A stretch of 32,602 nucleotides of DNA from positions 1 to 32,602 of the forward strand of contig JACQUR010000108.1 of the NCBI GenBank assembly GCA_016210245.1, written 5' to 3'. Both the position numbers and the translations under genes were made by a program. The notes under the pieces are model-generated. The model saw nothing but the letters and a program-made list of their open reading frames with translations. It was not told the DNA's origin and made no database searches. Origin of the DNA: Chloroflexota bacterium. GTDB lineage: Bacteria; Chloroflexota; UBA6077; JACQUR01. This document shows, piece by piece, positions 17,834 through 25,966 of the stretch (positions are counted from its first letter, which is position 1; every line of letters starts with the position of its first letter).

Positions 17834-17881
17834 GTCAGTGGTCAGGGGTCAGGGGGTCAGTGGTCAGCAGCCACTGACCAC
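17834..17881. repeat. Heptamer array (GTCAGTG/GTCAGGG)n with a short inverted CCACTGACCA arm
   Basis: Same unit family as 16014-16076. Confidence 0.7.
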
Positions 17882-17915
17882 GATGCCATTCCATAACAAC
17901 AGCGGAGGAGAACGC

Positions 17916-19046
17916 ATGAACCGCCTGTGGCTAAGCATTGTCGCGACGTTCCTGCTCACCGCCAGCGCCTGCGCGCCGGCCGCGGCCCCCAGCCCTACGG
18001 CGGCGCCTGCCAGGCCGACCGAGAAGCCGGCAGCCAAGGCGGAGCCGACGGCTGCCGCGCCCGCCAAGCCGGCGGCCACGGCGGCGCCGGCGGCCAAGCC
18101 GGCCGAGGTCAAGGTTCCCAAGCCTGCCGGCAGCCTGGCCATCAAGGTGGGTGAAACCGCGGGCCTGTCCTATAGTCGCATTCCATCCCGCGTTACTCTG
18201 GAGCGCCTCAACAAAGACGGCTGGAAGCTCGAGCTGGTCGAGTTGAAGGGCACCGACCTGATCGCCGAGGCCGTCTCCAGCGGCGAGACCCCGCTGGCCA
18301 GGTTCCAGTTCCTGGACTCGCTCCGCACGGTCCAGGCGGGAGGCAAGCTCAAGCTGCTCATGGAGGACCGTCCTGAGGAGTTCGTCGTGATCGGCAAGAA
18401 GGAGATCACGAAGTGCCAGGACATGAACGGCAAGCGCTACGCGGTCCATAGCGAGGGCTCCCCCTACGCCACCATGTCGGCCAAGTGGATGAACGACTGC
18501 GGGGCTAAGCCCAACCGGCTGGTGATCTCCGGTGGGGAGAACCGCATCGTTGCCCTGATGAACGGGCAGATCGACGCCACCTTCGTGCAGTTGAGCGACT
18601 GGATCAACCTCGACACCCAGCGCCCGGGCGAGTTTCCGATCATCATGCGCTTCGCCGATGTGCTGCCCGGGCTGATGGGCGGCATCCTGGTCGCCAACTC
18701 GGCCTGGCTGGAGAAGAACCGAGAGGTGACCACGGCCTACATGGCAGAGTCGCTGCTGGACAACCGCCGGATCGCCAGCGATTCGAAGCCCGCGGAGGAG
18801 GCGGTCAAGAAGCTCATGACCGAGGCCGACGTGAAGGCCTTCGCCAAGACCTACCAGGCCTACCAGCGTGACCTGGGCGGCTTCCCCCAGAACGGCGGGC
18901 TGACCGCCGACCGCATCCAGCGCGGCATCAACCTGTTCACCGAGCTGGAGCTGGTCAAGCCCGGGCTGGCCCCGAACCAGGTCGCGGACCTGAGCCTGCT
19001 CGAGGGCGCGCTCAAGATAGTCGGGAGCGTAGCCGGGCAGCGGTAA
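17916..19046 (+). CDS. ABC transporter substrate-binding lipoprotein, SsuA/TauA/THI5-like (paralog 4, most divergent)
   Basis: GGAGGAG RBS, lipobox ASAC, linker, DMNGKRYA, GGENRIVALMNGQIDA. Confidence 0.82.
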   Translation: MNRLWLSIVATFLLTASACAPAAAPSPTAAPARPTEKPAAKAEPTAAAPAKPAATAAPAAKPAEVKVPKPAGSLAIKVGETAGLSYSRIPSRVTLERLNKDGWKLELVELKGTDLIAEAVSSGETPLARFQFLDSLRTVQAGGKLKLLMEDRPEEFVVIGKKEITKCQDMNGKRYAVHSEGSPYATMSAKWMNDCGAKPNRLVISGGENRIVALMNGQIDATFVQLSDWINLDTQRPGEFPIIMRFADVLPGLMGGILVANSAWLEKNREVTTAYMAESLLDNRRIASDSKPAEEAVKKLMTEADVKAFAKTYQAYQRDLGGFPQNGGLTADRIQRGINLFTELELVKPGLAPNQVADLSLLEGALKIVGSVAGQR

Positions 19047-19060
19047 AGCTGGTTGGAGGC

Positions 19061-19135
19061 GTAGCGCGGGGGCTTGTCCCCCGCCGTCTCCCGGGGTGCG
19101 CATGCACCGGAGCGGGGTACAAGCCCCCGCGCTAC
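19061..19135. repeat. Inverted pair of GTAG-type REPs (REPIN-like doublet)
   Basis: GTAGCGCGGGGGCTTGTCCCCCGC (19061-19084) pairs with 19112-19135 with one mismatch. Confidence 0.88.
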
Positions 19136-19154
19136 AGGTGGTCGTTCGGACATG

Positions 19155-19312
19155 TCGGGTGGAACGGATTGCTGTCAACGGATTCGGGGAACGGATTGGA
19201 ACAGATTGGAATGGAATTAGAACGGAATTGGAACGGATTGAGCGCTCGGCTGTCCGTTCCAATCCGTTCAATCCGTTCCCCGAATCCGTTGACAGCAATC
19301 CGTTCCACCCGA
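19155..19312. repeat. Large palindrome with 44-bp perfect arms built from AACGGATT/AATCCGTT units
   Basis: 19155-19198 and 19269-19312 are exact reverse complements; the interior holds further degenerate units. Confidence 0.92.
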
Positions 19313-19336
19313 GCCGCACGTGCAAGAGAGGCGTAG

Positions 19337-20134
19337 ATGGCAGTAGCAGCGGCGCGCAGACGACGGCAGGAGGAGCGGCTCTGGGCCTGGGGGCTCCCGC
19401 TGGGCGTGTTCGCCGTCGGAGCGGGGCTCTGGGAGCTGGCCACCATCAACTCGGAGAGCCTGATCATCCCGACCTTCAGCCAGACGATGGTCGGGCTCTA
19501 CCAGCTCCTGTTCCAGACCGGGCAGTTGTGGGGTCCGTTGCTGCTGAGCAACCAGGCGCTGGTGCTCGGGTACGTCCTGGCGGTCACCGTCGGCGTGGGG
19601 CTTGGCCTCGGAATGGCCAGGGCGCGGTGGCTGGAGAGCATCGCCGACCCCTACGTCCACATGATGCTGGCGATGCCAACTGCGCCCCTGATTCCGCTGG
19701 TCATGATGGCGCTGGGGTTGGGAATCGAGTCGCGGGTGCTCATCGTCTTCCTCTTCGCCTTCATCTACATCACCGTCAACACCCGCGCAGGAGTCCGCAA
19801 CGTCGACCCCGGGCTGATCGAGATGGCCAGGTCCTTCGGCGCCAGCGAGGCGGACGTCTGGCGCAGGATCCTGATCCCCGGCGCTGTGCCCGCGATCCTG
19901 GCCGGGCTGCGGATCGGGCTGGGTCGAGCGGTCAACGGCATGGTGGTCGCCGAGCTGCTCCTGGTGGCAACGGGCATTGGCAACCTGCTGCTGGAGTTCC
20001 GCGCCGCCTTCCACAGCGGGCTGTTGTTCGCAACAGTGCTGGCGGTCGCCCTGGAGGCGATCGTGCTGCTGGCTCTGATGCGCGTGCTCGAGGACCGGCT
20101 CGCCCCATGGGCGAGCAGCGTCGTGGGGGACTAG
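19337..20134 (+). CDS. ABC transporter permease (type P1, copy 2)
   Basis: Paralog of 16086..16886 (SNQALVLGY, ITVNTRAGVRNVDP, ELLLVATG). Confidence 0.9.
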   Translation: MAVAAARRRRQEERLWAWGLPLGVFAVGAGLWELATINSESLIIPTFSQTMVGLYQLLFQTGQLWGPLLLSNQALVLGYVLAVTVGVGLGLGMARARWLESIADPYVHMMLAMPTAPLIPLVMMALGLGIESRVLIVFLFAFIYITVNTRAGVRNVDPGLIEMARSFGASEADVWRRILIPGAVPAILAGLRIGLGRAVNGMVVAELLLVATGIGNLLLEFRAAFHSGLLFATVLAVALEAIVLLALMRVLEDRLAPWASSVVGD

Positions 20135-20155
20135 GTGTGCCTCGCGAAACCGCCG

Positions 20156-20280
20156 AGACGCGGGGTCCGGGGACGCGGGGACGCGGGGACGCGGGGACGC
20201 GGGGACGCGGAGACGGACGGGTCGCTCTCTCCGTCCCCGCGTCCCCGCGTCCCCGCGTCTGAGCACCCGGCGTCCCCGCG
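20156..20280. repeat. Inverted octamer array (GGGGACGC)n ... (GCGTCCCC)n
   Basis: About five forward units followed by three to four reverse-complement units. Confidence 0.9.
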
Positions 20281-20317
20281 GTTGGACAAGGTGTGCTGAG
20301 CGAGGTGGAGGCGAGCG

Positions 20318-21124
20318 ATGGCGAGCGTAGCGGCTGAAGCGGCCAGGGTCCGACGAGCGGGCGGGCCGCGCGCGCTCTGGCGTCCGCTGCGAGGCAGCGC
20401 CATGCAGGGGCTGGCCCTGCTGGGCGGAGTGGTGCTCTGGGAGGCGTTTGGCTGGCTACTGGCGCTCCCCTGGCTGCCGCCGTTCTCGAAGGTGGTCGCC
20501 GCCCTGGGCCAGCTCATCCAGAGCGGCGAGATCCTGGGCAACCTGGCGGTGAGCCTGCGCACGCTCGTGGTCGGCTTCAGTCTGTCGCTGGTGGTCGGGC
20601 TGGTGGTCGGCGCGCTGATGGGGCGCTACCGCCGCGTGGAGCAGGCGATCGGCATCTACGTCAACGCCCTGCTGTTCACGCCGTCCCTGGTCTTCGCCCC
20701 GATCTTCTTCGCGTTCTTCCATCTTTCGGACTGGACGCGCATCGCGGTGATCGTCAAGTACGTGGTGTTCATCCTCATCATCAACACCGCGACCGCCATC
20801 CGCACCACCGATCCCGCCCTGGTCGAGATGGCCCGCTCCTTCGGCGCCACCGAGCGGCAGATCTTCCTGCGCATCCTCCTGCCGGCCTCGCTGCTGATCG
20901 CCTTCGCCGGCATCCGGCTGGGGGTGGGCCGCGCGGTCAAGGGCATGATCACGGGCGAGATGTTCATCGCCTTCGTCGGGCTCGGCGGCGTGGTGCAGAA
21001 GTATGGCAGCCAGTTCGACGCCTCCAGGGTGCTGGCCATCTCGCTGGTCATCCTGGTGGTGGCGCTGGTGCTGGGCACAGCCGTCCAGGCGCTGGACCGC
21101 AGGCTGACCCGGTGGGCGGATTGA
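20318..21124 (+). CDS. ABC transporter permease (type P2, copy 2)
   Basis: Paralog of 17021..17827 (PRALWRPLR, LPWLPPFS, GRAVKGMI, RLTRWAD). Confidence 0.9.
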   Translation: MASVAAEAARVRRAGGPRALWRPLRGSAMQGLALLGGVVLWEAFGWLLALPWLPPFSKVVAALGQLIQSGEILGNLAVSLRTLVVGFSLSLVVGLVVGALMGRYRRVEQAIGIYVNALLFTPSLVFAPIFFAFFHLSDWTRIAVIVKYVVFILIINTATAIRTTDPALVEMARSFGATERQIFLRILLPASLLIAFAGIRLGVGRAVKGMITGEMFIAFVGLGGVVQKYGSQFDASRVLAISLVILVVALVLGTAVQALDRRLTRWAD

Positions 21125-21136
21125 GCGCCGAGGCCG

Positions 21137-22009
21137 ATGGACCCCAGGCTGGCCGCCGCCCTCGCCGCCCTGTGCCTGGGCGCGATGCCTATTCCCTTGA
21201 AGCGCGGCTTCAAGAGCGGCACCTCGTCCACCCAGCTTGCTGTCGTGGTCAGTTTGCTGGTTGGCCCGCCGCTCTATGTGCTCATGGCGCCCTTCGGCGG
21301 CGGCTTCCACCTGGAGCAACTCACTCCCACGGCGGTGGGAGCGTTTGTGGTGGGCGGGCTGATGGGTACCTACCTGGGTCGCTACCTGACCTATTCGGCG
21401 GTCCGCCACCTTGGCGCGGCGCGGGCGGCGGCGATCAAGAACTGCTCGCCGCTGGTGGCGACGCTGCTCGCCTTCGTGGTGCTGGGGGAGAACATCGGCC
21501 TGGAGCGCTGGCTGGCGATTGGCGCGATCGTGGGCGGCGTCCTGCTCATCGGACGCGAGGCGAGCGCGCCCGGCGCCGAGTCGGACCCGGTGGGCATCCT
21601 CTACGCCATCGGCGGTGCGGTGAGCTTCGGGCTACGCCCGGTCATCTTGAAGGCGGGCTTCCAGGAGGCGGACCTGCCGCTGACCGCGGCGATGATTGGC
21701 GCCTCGACCGCGCTGCTGCTCTACCTGGTGGAGATGGCGGCGCGCGGGAGACTGGGATCCATCTCCTGGCGCTCGCCTGGCCTGGGCTGGTTCGCCGCCA
21801 GCGGCCTGCTGCAGGCGCTGGCCTTCGTGCCGTTCAACATCGCCGTGGCTGGAGGCGAGCTGAGCGTGGTTTACCCTATTATGAACAGCGCGCCGCTGGC
21901 CACGCTGGCGCTCAGCCGCTGGCTGCTGCGCGAGGTGGAGCGCACGACGTGGCTGGACGTGGTGGCCGTGCTAGCCATCGTGGTGGGCGTCTCCGTGCTG
22001 GCCGCATAG
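21137..22009 (+). CDS. DMT/EamA-family transporter
   Basis: 290 aa, about 10 hydrophobic helices in two repeats, AVRHLGAARA and VLGE / LLRE signatures. Confidence 0.82.
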   Translation: MDPRLAAALAALCLGAMPIPLKRGFKSGTSSTQLAVVVSLLVGPPLYVLMAPFGGGFHLEQLTPTAVGAFVVGGLMGTYLGRYLTYSAVRHLGAARAAAIKNCSPLVATLLAFVVLGENIGLERWLAIGAIVGGVLLIGREASAPGAESDPVGILYAIGGAVSFGLRPVILKAGFQEADLPLTAAMIGASTALLLYLVEMAARGRLGSISWRSPGLGWFAASGLLQALAFVPFNIAVAGGELSVVYPIMNSAPLATLALSRWLLREVERTTWLDVVAVLAIVVGVSVLAA

Positions 22010-22027
22010 GTCGCCCGCCTCACCGGG

Positions 22028-22091
22028 CTGCACAGGTGAGCCGCCTGTGCCACCGAGTTCCTATGGTGGCACAGGCGGCTCGCCTGTGCAG
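22028..22091. repeat. REP-like palindrome (GGTGGCACAGGCGGCTCGCCTGTGC family)
   Basis: 22028-22054 and 22065-22091 are reverse complements with one mismatch; each arm is itself a small hairpin. Confidence 0.85.
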
Positions 22092-22186
22092 ACTTGCGTC
22101 GCCAGACGGCGCACGATCCAGCCTGCGCCAGCAAACTGCGATACCCCGCCGCGGAGCACTGAAATGGGTGACATAGGCAGGCAACG

Positions 22187-23404
22187 ATGGGAAGCAGCAT
22201 GGCCCGAACGCCGCTGATGGCCGAGCGGGTCGCGAACCCGCCCGGCTCGCCGTCCGGGCTGTTCTCACAGGCGTTCGTCTTCGTGTGCGTCACCACGTTC
22301 CTGGGGTACGCGCAGTACTCGCTGCTCACGCCGGTCCTGCCGCTCTTCATCAAGGACCACGGCGGCTCGGCCAGCCTGGTCGGCCTCGTCACCGCGGCGT
22401 TCAGCGTCACCTCCTTCGCGCTGCGCCCATTCATCGGGCGCGCGGTGGACACCTGGAGCGCCCGGGGCGTGATGGGCCTGGGCACGCTGGCGATGGGGCT
22501 GGCCAGCTTCGGCTACCTGTTCTACGACACCGTGCTGCTGCTGCTCGTCCGCTCCATCCACGGCACGGGCTGGGCGGCGTTCAACACCGGCGGCAAGGTG
22601 CTGCTCTCCACCTCCGCGCCCGCGGAGCGGCGCGGGGAGGCCTCGGGGTACTACTCGATGGCTCAGGGCGTCGCGACTGCCCTGGTGCCGGCCATCGCCC
22701 TGTGGGTCCTGGGCCTGGTGGACTATGCGGGCGTCTTCGCCCTCTCGGCGGTCGGGGGACTGATCGCTACCCTCACCAGCCTGGCCGTGCCCGCGCAGCC
22801 GCACCCGCAGTCGGATGGGCCGCGCGAGTCGTTCTGGGCTGGCCTGGTGGAGCGGTCCGCGCTGCTGCCTTCGGTGCTGGAGTTCCTCACCAAGCTGTCC
22901 CAGCCCGCGGCGGCGGTCTTCGTCCCGCTCTACGCCACCTCCCGAGGGCTGCCGGTCGAATCGCTGGTGTACTACTACCTGGGCTACGGGCTGGTCGGCA
23001 TTGCGGCGCGCGGCGTGCTGGGCAGCCTGTCTGACCGCATCGGGCGAGGCCGGACGATCGCCATGGGCACGACGCTGGGCGCCGTGTCGCTGCTGCTCAT
23101 GGCGCTGGCGCACGACATCTACCTTCTGACGCTGGGCGGGATGATCTTCGGGCTGGGCACGGCCGCCTTCGCGCCCTCGGTCATGGCCCTGGCGATCGAC
23201 CTCGCGCCGGCCAGGCGGCGCGGGGCGGCCATGGCGACCTACTCCATGGCCTTCCAGCTTGCGCAGGGGGCAGGGGGCCTCCTGTGCGGCGTGTTGATCG
23301 ACCTGGCCGGGTTCGAGGTCATGTACCTCACCATGGCAGTTGCTTCCCTCTCCGCACTGCTCGTGGTGTTCCAGTACCGAAGCACCCTGAGCCCCGAGCA
23401 CTGA
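22187..23404 (+). CDS. MFS transporter (copy 1)
   Basis: About 12 TM helices, motif A variants GRAVDTWSAR and GSLSDRIGR, RRGEA/RRGAA. Start could also be ATG 22199 or later. Confidence 0.88.
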   Translation: MGSSMARTPLMAERVANPPGSPSGLFSQAFVFVCVTTFLGYAQYSLLTPVLPLFIKDHGGSASLVGLVTAAFSVTSFALRPFIGRAVDTWSARGVMGLGTLAMGLASFGYLFYDTVLLLLVRSIHGTGWAAFNTGGKVLLSTSAPAERRGEASGYYSMAQGVATALVPAIALWVLGLVDYAGVFALSAVGGLIATLTSLAVPAQPHPQSDGPRESFWAGLVERSALLPSVLEFLTKLSQPAAAVFVPLYATSRGLPVESLVYYYLGYGLVGIAARGVLGSLSDRIGRGRTIAMGTTLGAVSLLLMALAHDIYLLTLGGMIFGLGTAAFAPSVMALAIDLAPARRRGAAMATYSMAFQLAQGAGGLLCGVLIDLAGFEVMYLTMAVASLSALLVVFQYRSTLSPEH

Positions 23405-23435
23405 CCACTGACTACCAACAACAGAGGAGGCACAC

Positions 23436-24599
23436 ATGTCTACCGAGGTGGAGAAGCACCACCACCACGGAGCCCGCCTGGGCGATCCGGAGATCAGCGG
23501 CGACAAGTGGTGGGCGAACGAAGGAGAGCGCCTGGTCCAGCTCTACCAGGCCGGCGCCGTCATGGCCAGCGGAGAGCGCGCCGCAGCCGAGCGGGAGCTG
23601 GCGACGCGCGAGCGGCGGCGGAAGACGCCGGTGGTGATCAAGCGGGAATCGATTCAGTTCGAGCCCTCGTCCTACAAGGGCGTCCACATCGGCTACATCG
23701 TCGCCCCGCACCGGGGCATCGAGGTGCGCAACATCCAGTTGGAGGTCCACCGGCTGCTGCCAGGGGCGCACACGGAGGCGCACCGGCACGGCGAGGCGGT
23801 CTGCCACGTGCTCAACGGCCACGGGCGCAGCCTCGTCGAGGGCAAGGAGTACGAGTGGGGGCCGCACGACTCGCTGCACATCCAGAAAGGGGCCTGGCAC
23901 CAGCACCTCAACGCCAGCGCAAGCGAGCCCGCCCATATCCTGGTGGGCAAGCCGGCGCCCATCCTGGAGCACCTCGCGCCCCACGCCATGGTCTACAAGG
24001 GCGACAGCTTCAGCGACATGCCCGACGACTTCATGCCCGAGCACCCCTTCACCCACGAGCGCGTGCCGGTGGGCTACGTGGGCGGCGAGAAGTGGATGAG
24101 CCACCTCCAGCTTGCCACCCACGAGCGCCTGGCCGAGCTGGAGCGGCGGCGGCGCGAGGCGCGGGTGCTGCTCAAGGCCAGCGAGGCGGTGATCGAGCGC
24201 TCCGAGCACAAGGGCGACTGGAAGGTGGGGCTGATCGACGAGTACCTGGGCTTCGACAACCGGATCCTGGCCATGTACATCCACCAGATGCCGCCCAGCA
24301 GCTACACCGAGACCCACAAGCACGGCGAGGCGATCGTGTACGTCTTGAGCGGGCGGGGCTACAGCATCGTCGAGGGCGAGCGCTACGACTGGCAGGCCGG
24401 CGACTGCATCTTCGTCCAGCCCGGGGTGTGGCACCAGCACTTCAACAGCCATCCCCAGCAGGTTTCGCAGCACCTGGCCCTGTACGTCGCGCCGCTGCGA
24501 GACCGCATCGTCCGCGGCGCGGAGTTCGTCGACTGGAAGACCGAGCCCGACTACCAGTCCCCAGCCGTGGAACTGCCCGCCGGCGAATGGTGGAAGTAG
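23436..24599 (+). CDS. Bicupin protein, gentisate 1,2-dioxygenase-like ring-cleavage candidate
   Basis: Two cupin motif sets: HRHGEA...GAWHQH and HKHGEA...GVWHQH; GAGGAGG RBS. Confidence 0.75.
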   Translation: MSTEVEKHHHHGARLGDPEISGDKWWANEGERLVQLYQAGAVMASGERAAAERELATRERRRKTPVVIKRESIQFEPSSYKGVHIGYIVAPHRGIEVRNIQLEVHRLLPGAHTEAHRHGEAVCHVLNGHGRSLVEGKEYEWGPHDSLHIQKGAWHQHLNASASEPAHILVGKPAPILEHLAPHAMVYKGDSFSDMPDDFMPEHPFTHERVPVGYVGGEKWMSHLQLATHERLAELERRRREARVLLKASEAVIERSEHKGDWKVGLIDEYLGFDNRILAMYIHQMPPSSYTETHKHGEAIVYVLSGRGYSIVEGERYDWQAGDCIFVQPGVWHQHFNSHPQQVSQHLALYVAPLRDRIVRGAEFVDWKTEPDYQSPAVELPAGEWWK

Positions 24600-24612
24600 C
24601 CGTGACCAGGGC

Positions 24613-24640
24613 TGTAGGGGCGGACCTGCGTGTCCGCCCC
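24613..24640. repeat. GTAG-type REP
   Basis: TGTAGGGGCGGACCTGCGTGTCCGCCCC; near-identical to 13613-13640. Confidence 0.85.
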
Positions 24641-24654
24641 GTCCCGCGCCTGCC

Positions 24655-24749
24655 GAGAGACGGGATGCACCACGGAGACACGGAGACACGGAGTTTTCTT
24701 ATGAGAACATCTCCGTGTCTCCGTGTCTCCGTGGTGCATCCCGTCTCTC
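24655..24749. repeat. Palindrome with 39-bp perfect arms containing (CACGGAGA)n octamers
   Basis: 24655-24693 and 24711-24749 are exact reverse complements. Confidence 0.92.
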
Positions 24750-24805
24750 CGTGCGGCGCGGGGATAGGACGGGGGGCGGACTCTTGAAGGCGCGGGGGTC
24801 CAATA

Positions 24806-25399
24806 GTGGCTAGTGATGCCGCCCAGGCGTATGCGCGGGCGTGCGTGGCCCAGGGCGAGGCCGAAGTGGAGCGCCTGCGGGCGGAGGTCCGCGCCAGCGC
24901 GGAGCGAGTGACGCAGCTCTCGGCCCAGTTGCGAGCGGCGAGCCGTGCCATCCACGCCGCCCGCACGCGCCTGGGTGCCCTGGAGGCGCTGCTGGCAACC
25001 GAGCAGGCGCGCTTCGAGCAGGAGTTCGAGCAGCTCGCCACGTTTCCAAAGGTGCGCGGCGTGGAGATGGACGGTGCGCTCATCCGCGTCCTGACCGACA
25101 CCATCTACCTCGACCACCTGGGCCGGCGCTATCGCATCGGGGAGTTCGCGCTCGAGCTGGACCTCGATCGGGGCATCCGCACGATCAACCTGAGCAACAC
25201 GGGCCAGAAGAGCGGATGGGACCACCCCCACGTCCAGGCGGGGCTGCCCTGCCTGGGCAACCTGCGCGACGGCTTCGAGAAGCTGCTGGGCGAGTACCAG
25301 GTCGTCCCGCTGGTTTCCATGCTCATCCAGTTCCTCGAGACCTTCAACCCGGACACCGCGTACGGCCCCATCGACCTCTGGGAGAAGGTGGCAACGTGA
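24806..25399 (+). CDS. Coiled-coil + prokaryotic E2 (ubiquitin-conjugating)-like domain protein
   Basis: N-terminal heptad-like helix of about 70 aa, then beta-strand-like segments and HPHVQAGLPCLGN, resembling the UBC HPN...C active-site signature, followed by helices. Stop overlaps the next start (GTGA). Confidence 0.62.
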   Translation: MASDAAQAYARACVAQGEAEVERLRAEVRASAERVTQLSAQLRAASRAIHAARTRLGALEALLATEQARFEQEFEQLATFPKVRGVEMDGALIRVLTDTIYLDHLGRRYRIGEFALELDLDRGIRTINLSNTGQKSGWDHPHVQAGLPCLGNLRDGFEKLLGEYQVVPLVSMLIQFLETFNPDTAYGPIDLWEKVAT

Positions 25400-25965
25400 T
25401 CTTCCAGCCTGCCGATGCGGGTGGGGACGAGCCCCCGCCCTACGAGCCCCACCTGGCCTTCACCGCGCCAGCCTGGCGCAAGCTGGTGCTCTACGTCCTC
25501 AACTGCCCGTTCGAGATCGGCGGCCTGGGCCTGGTGGAGGCGCGCGGCCAGGACTTCCTGGTCACCGATGTGCTGCTGGTGGAGCAGGACGTGAACGACA
25601 TCGCCACCCGGCTGGACAGCGGCGCGGTGAGCGCGCTCCTGCTCCAGTTGCTCGAGTCCGGGCGCGACCCCGGCGAGCTGAAGCTGTGGTGGCACAGCCA
25701 CGCCCACGAAGCGCCCTTCTGGAGTGGCGTGGACGAGCAGACCATCGAGCGCTTCCAGAACGACTTCATGCTCTCAGTGGTCAGCAACCACGAGCTGCGC
25801 TTCCTGGCCCGCCAGGACCACTACGCGCCGCGCCGGACGACCTGGGTCTGGGTGGACAAACCGTCCGACGGACTGGAGTCCAGTCCCGAGGAGGTCGAAG
25901 CGGTCCGCGCCGAGATCGCCGCCAGGACGCGGCACGTGCCACGCGATCGGACCCGGATCTTCTGA
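25396..25965 (+). CDS. JAB/JAMM (MPN+) zinc metallopeptidase
   Basis: Upstream Glu (FEIGGLG) and exact H-x-H-x7-S-x2-D spacing (WWHSHAHEAPFWSGVD). Start GTG 25396 overlaps the upstream TGA; 189 aa. Confidence 0.85.
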   Translation: MIFQPADAGGDEPPPYEPHLAFTAPAWRKLVLYVLNCPFEIGGLGLVEARGQDFLVTDVLLVEQDVNDIATRLDSGAVSALLLQLLESGRDPGELKLWWHSHAHEAPFWSGVDEQTIERFQNDFMLSVVSNHELRFLARQDHYAPRRTTWVWVDKPSDGLESSPEEVEAVRAEIAARTRHVPRDRTRIF

Positions 25966-25966
25966 C

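Noticed and set aside
11200-18110. Repeated GAGAAGCCGGC/GCCAAGCCG sequences as DNA repeat elements
   Set aside because: They encode the Pro/Ala/Lys/Thr linkers of the lipoproteins.
24806-25965. Complete CBASS (Cap2/Cap3) or Bil anti-phage system
   Set aside because: No CD-NTase, effector, E1 or ubiquitin-like gene is in the window; only E2-like and JAB genes are seen.
24841-25965. 374-aa ORF as an E2-JAB fusion or long JAB protein
   Set aside because: The first 185 codons are an out-of-frame shadow of 24806..25399; the GTGA overlap marks the real start at 25396.
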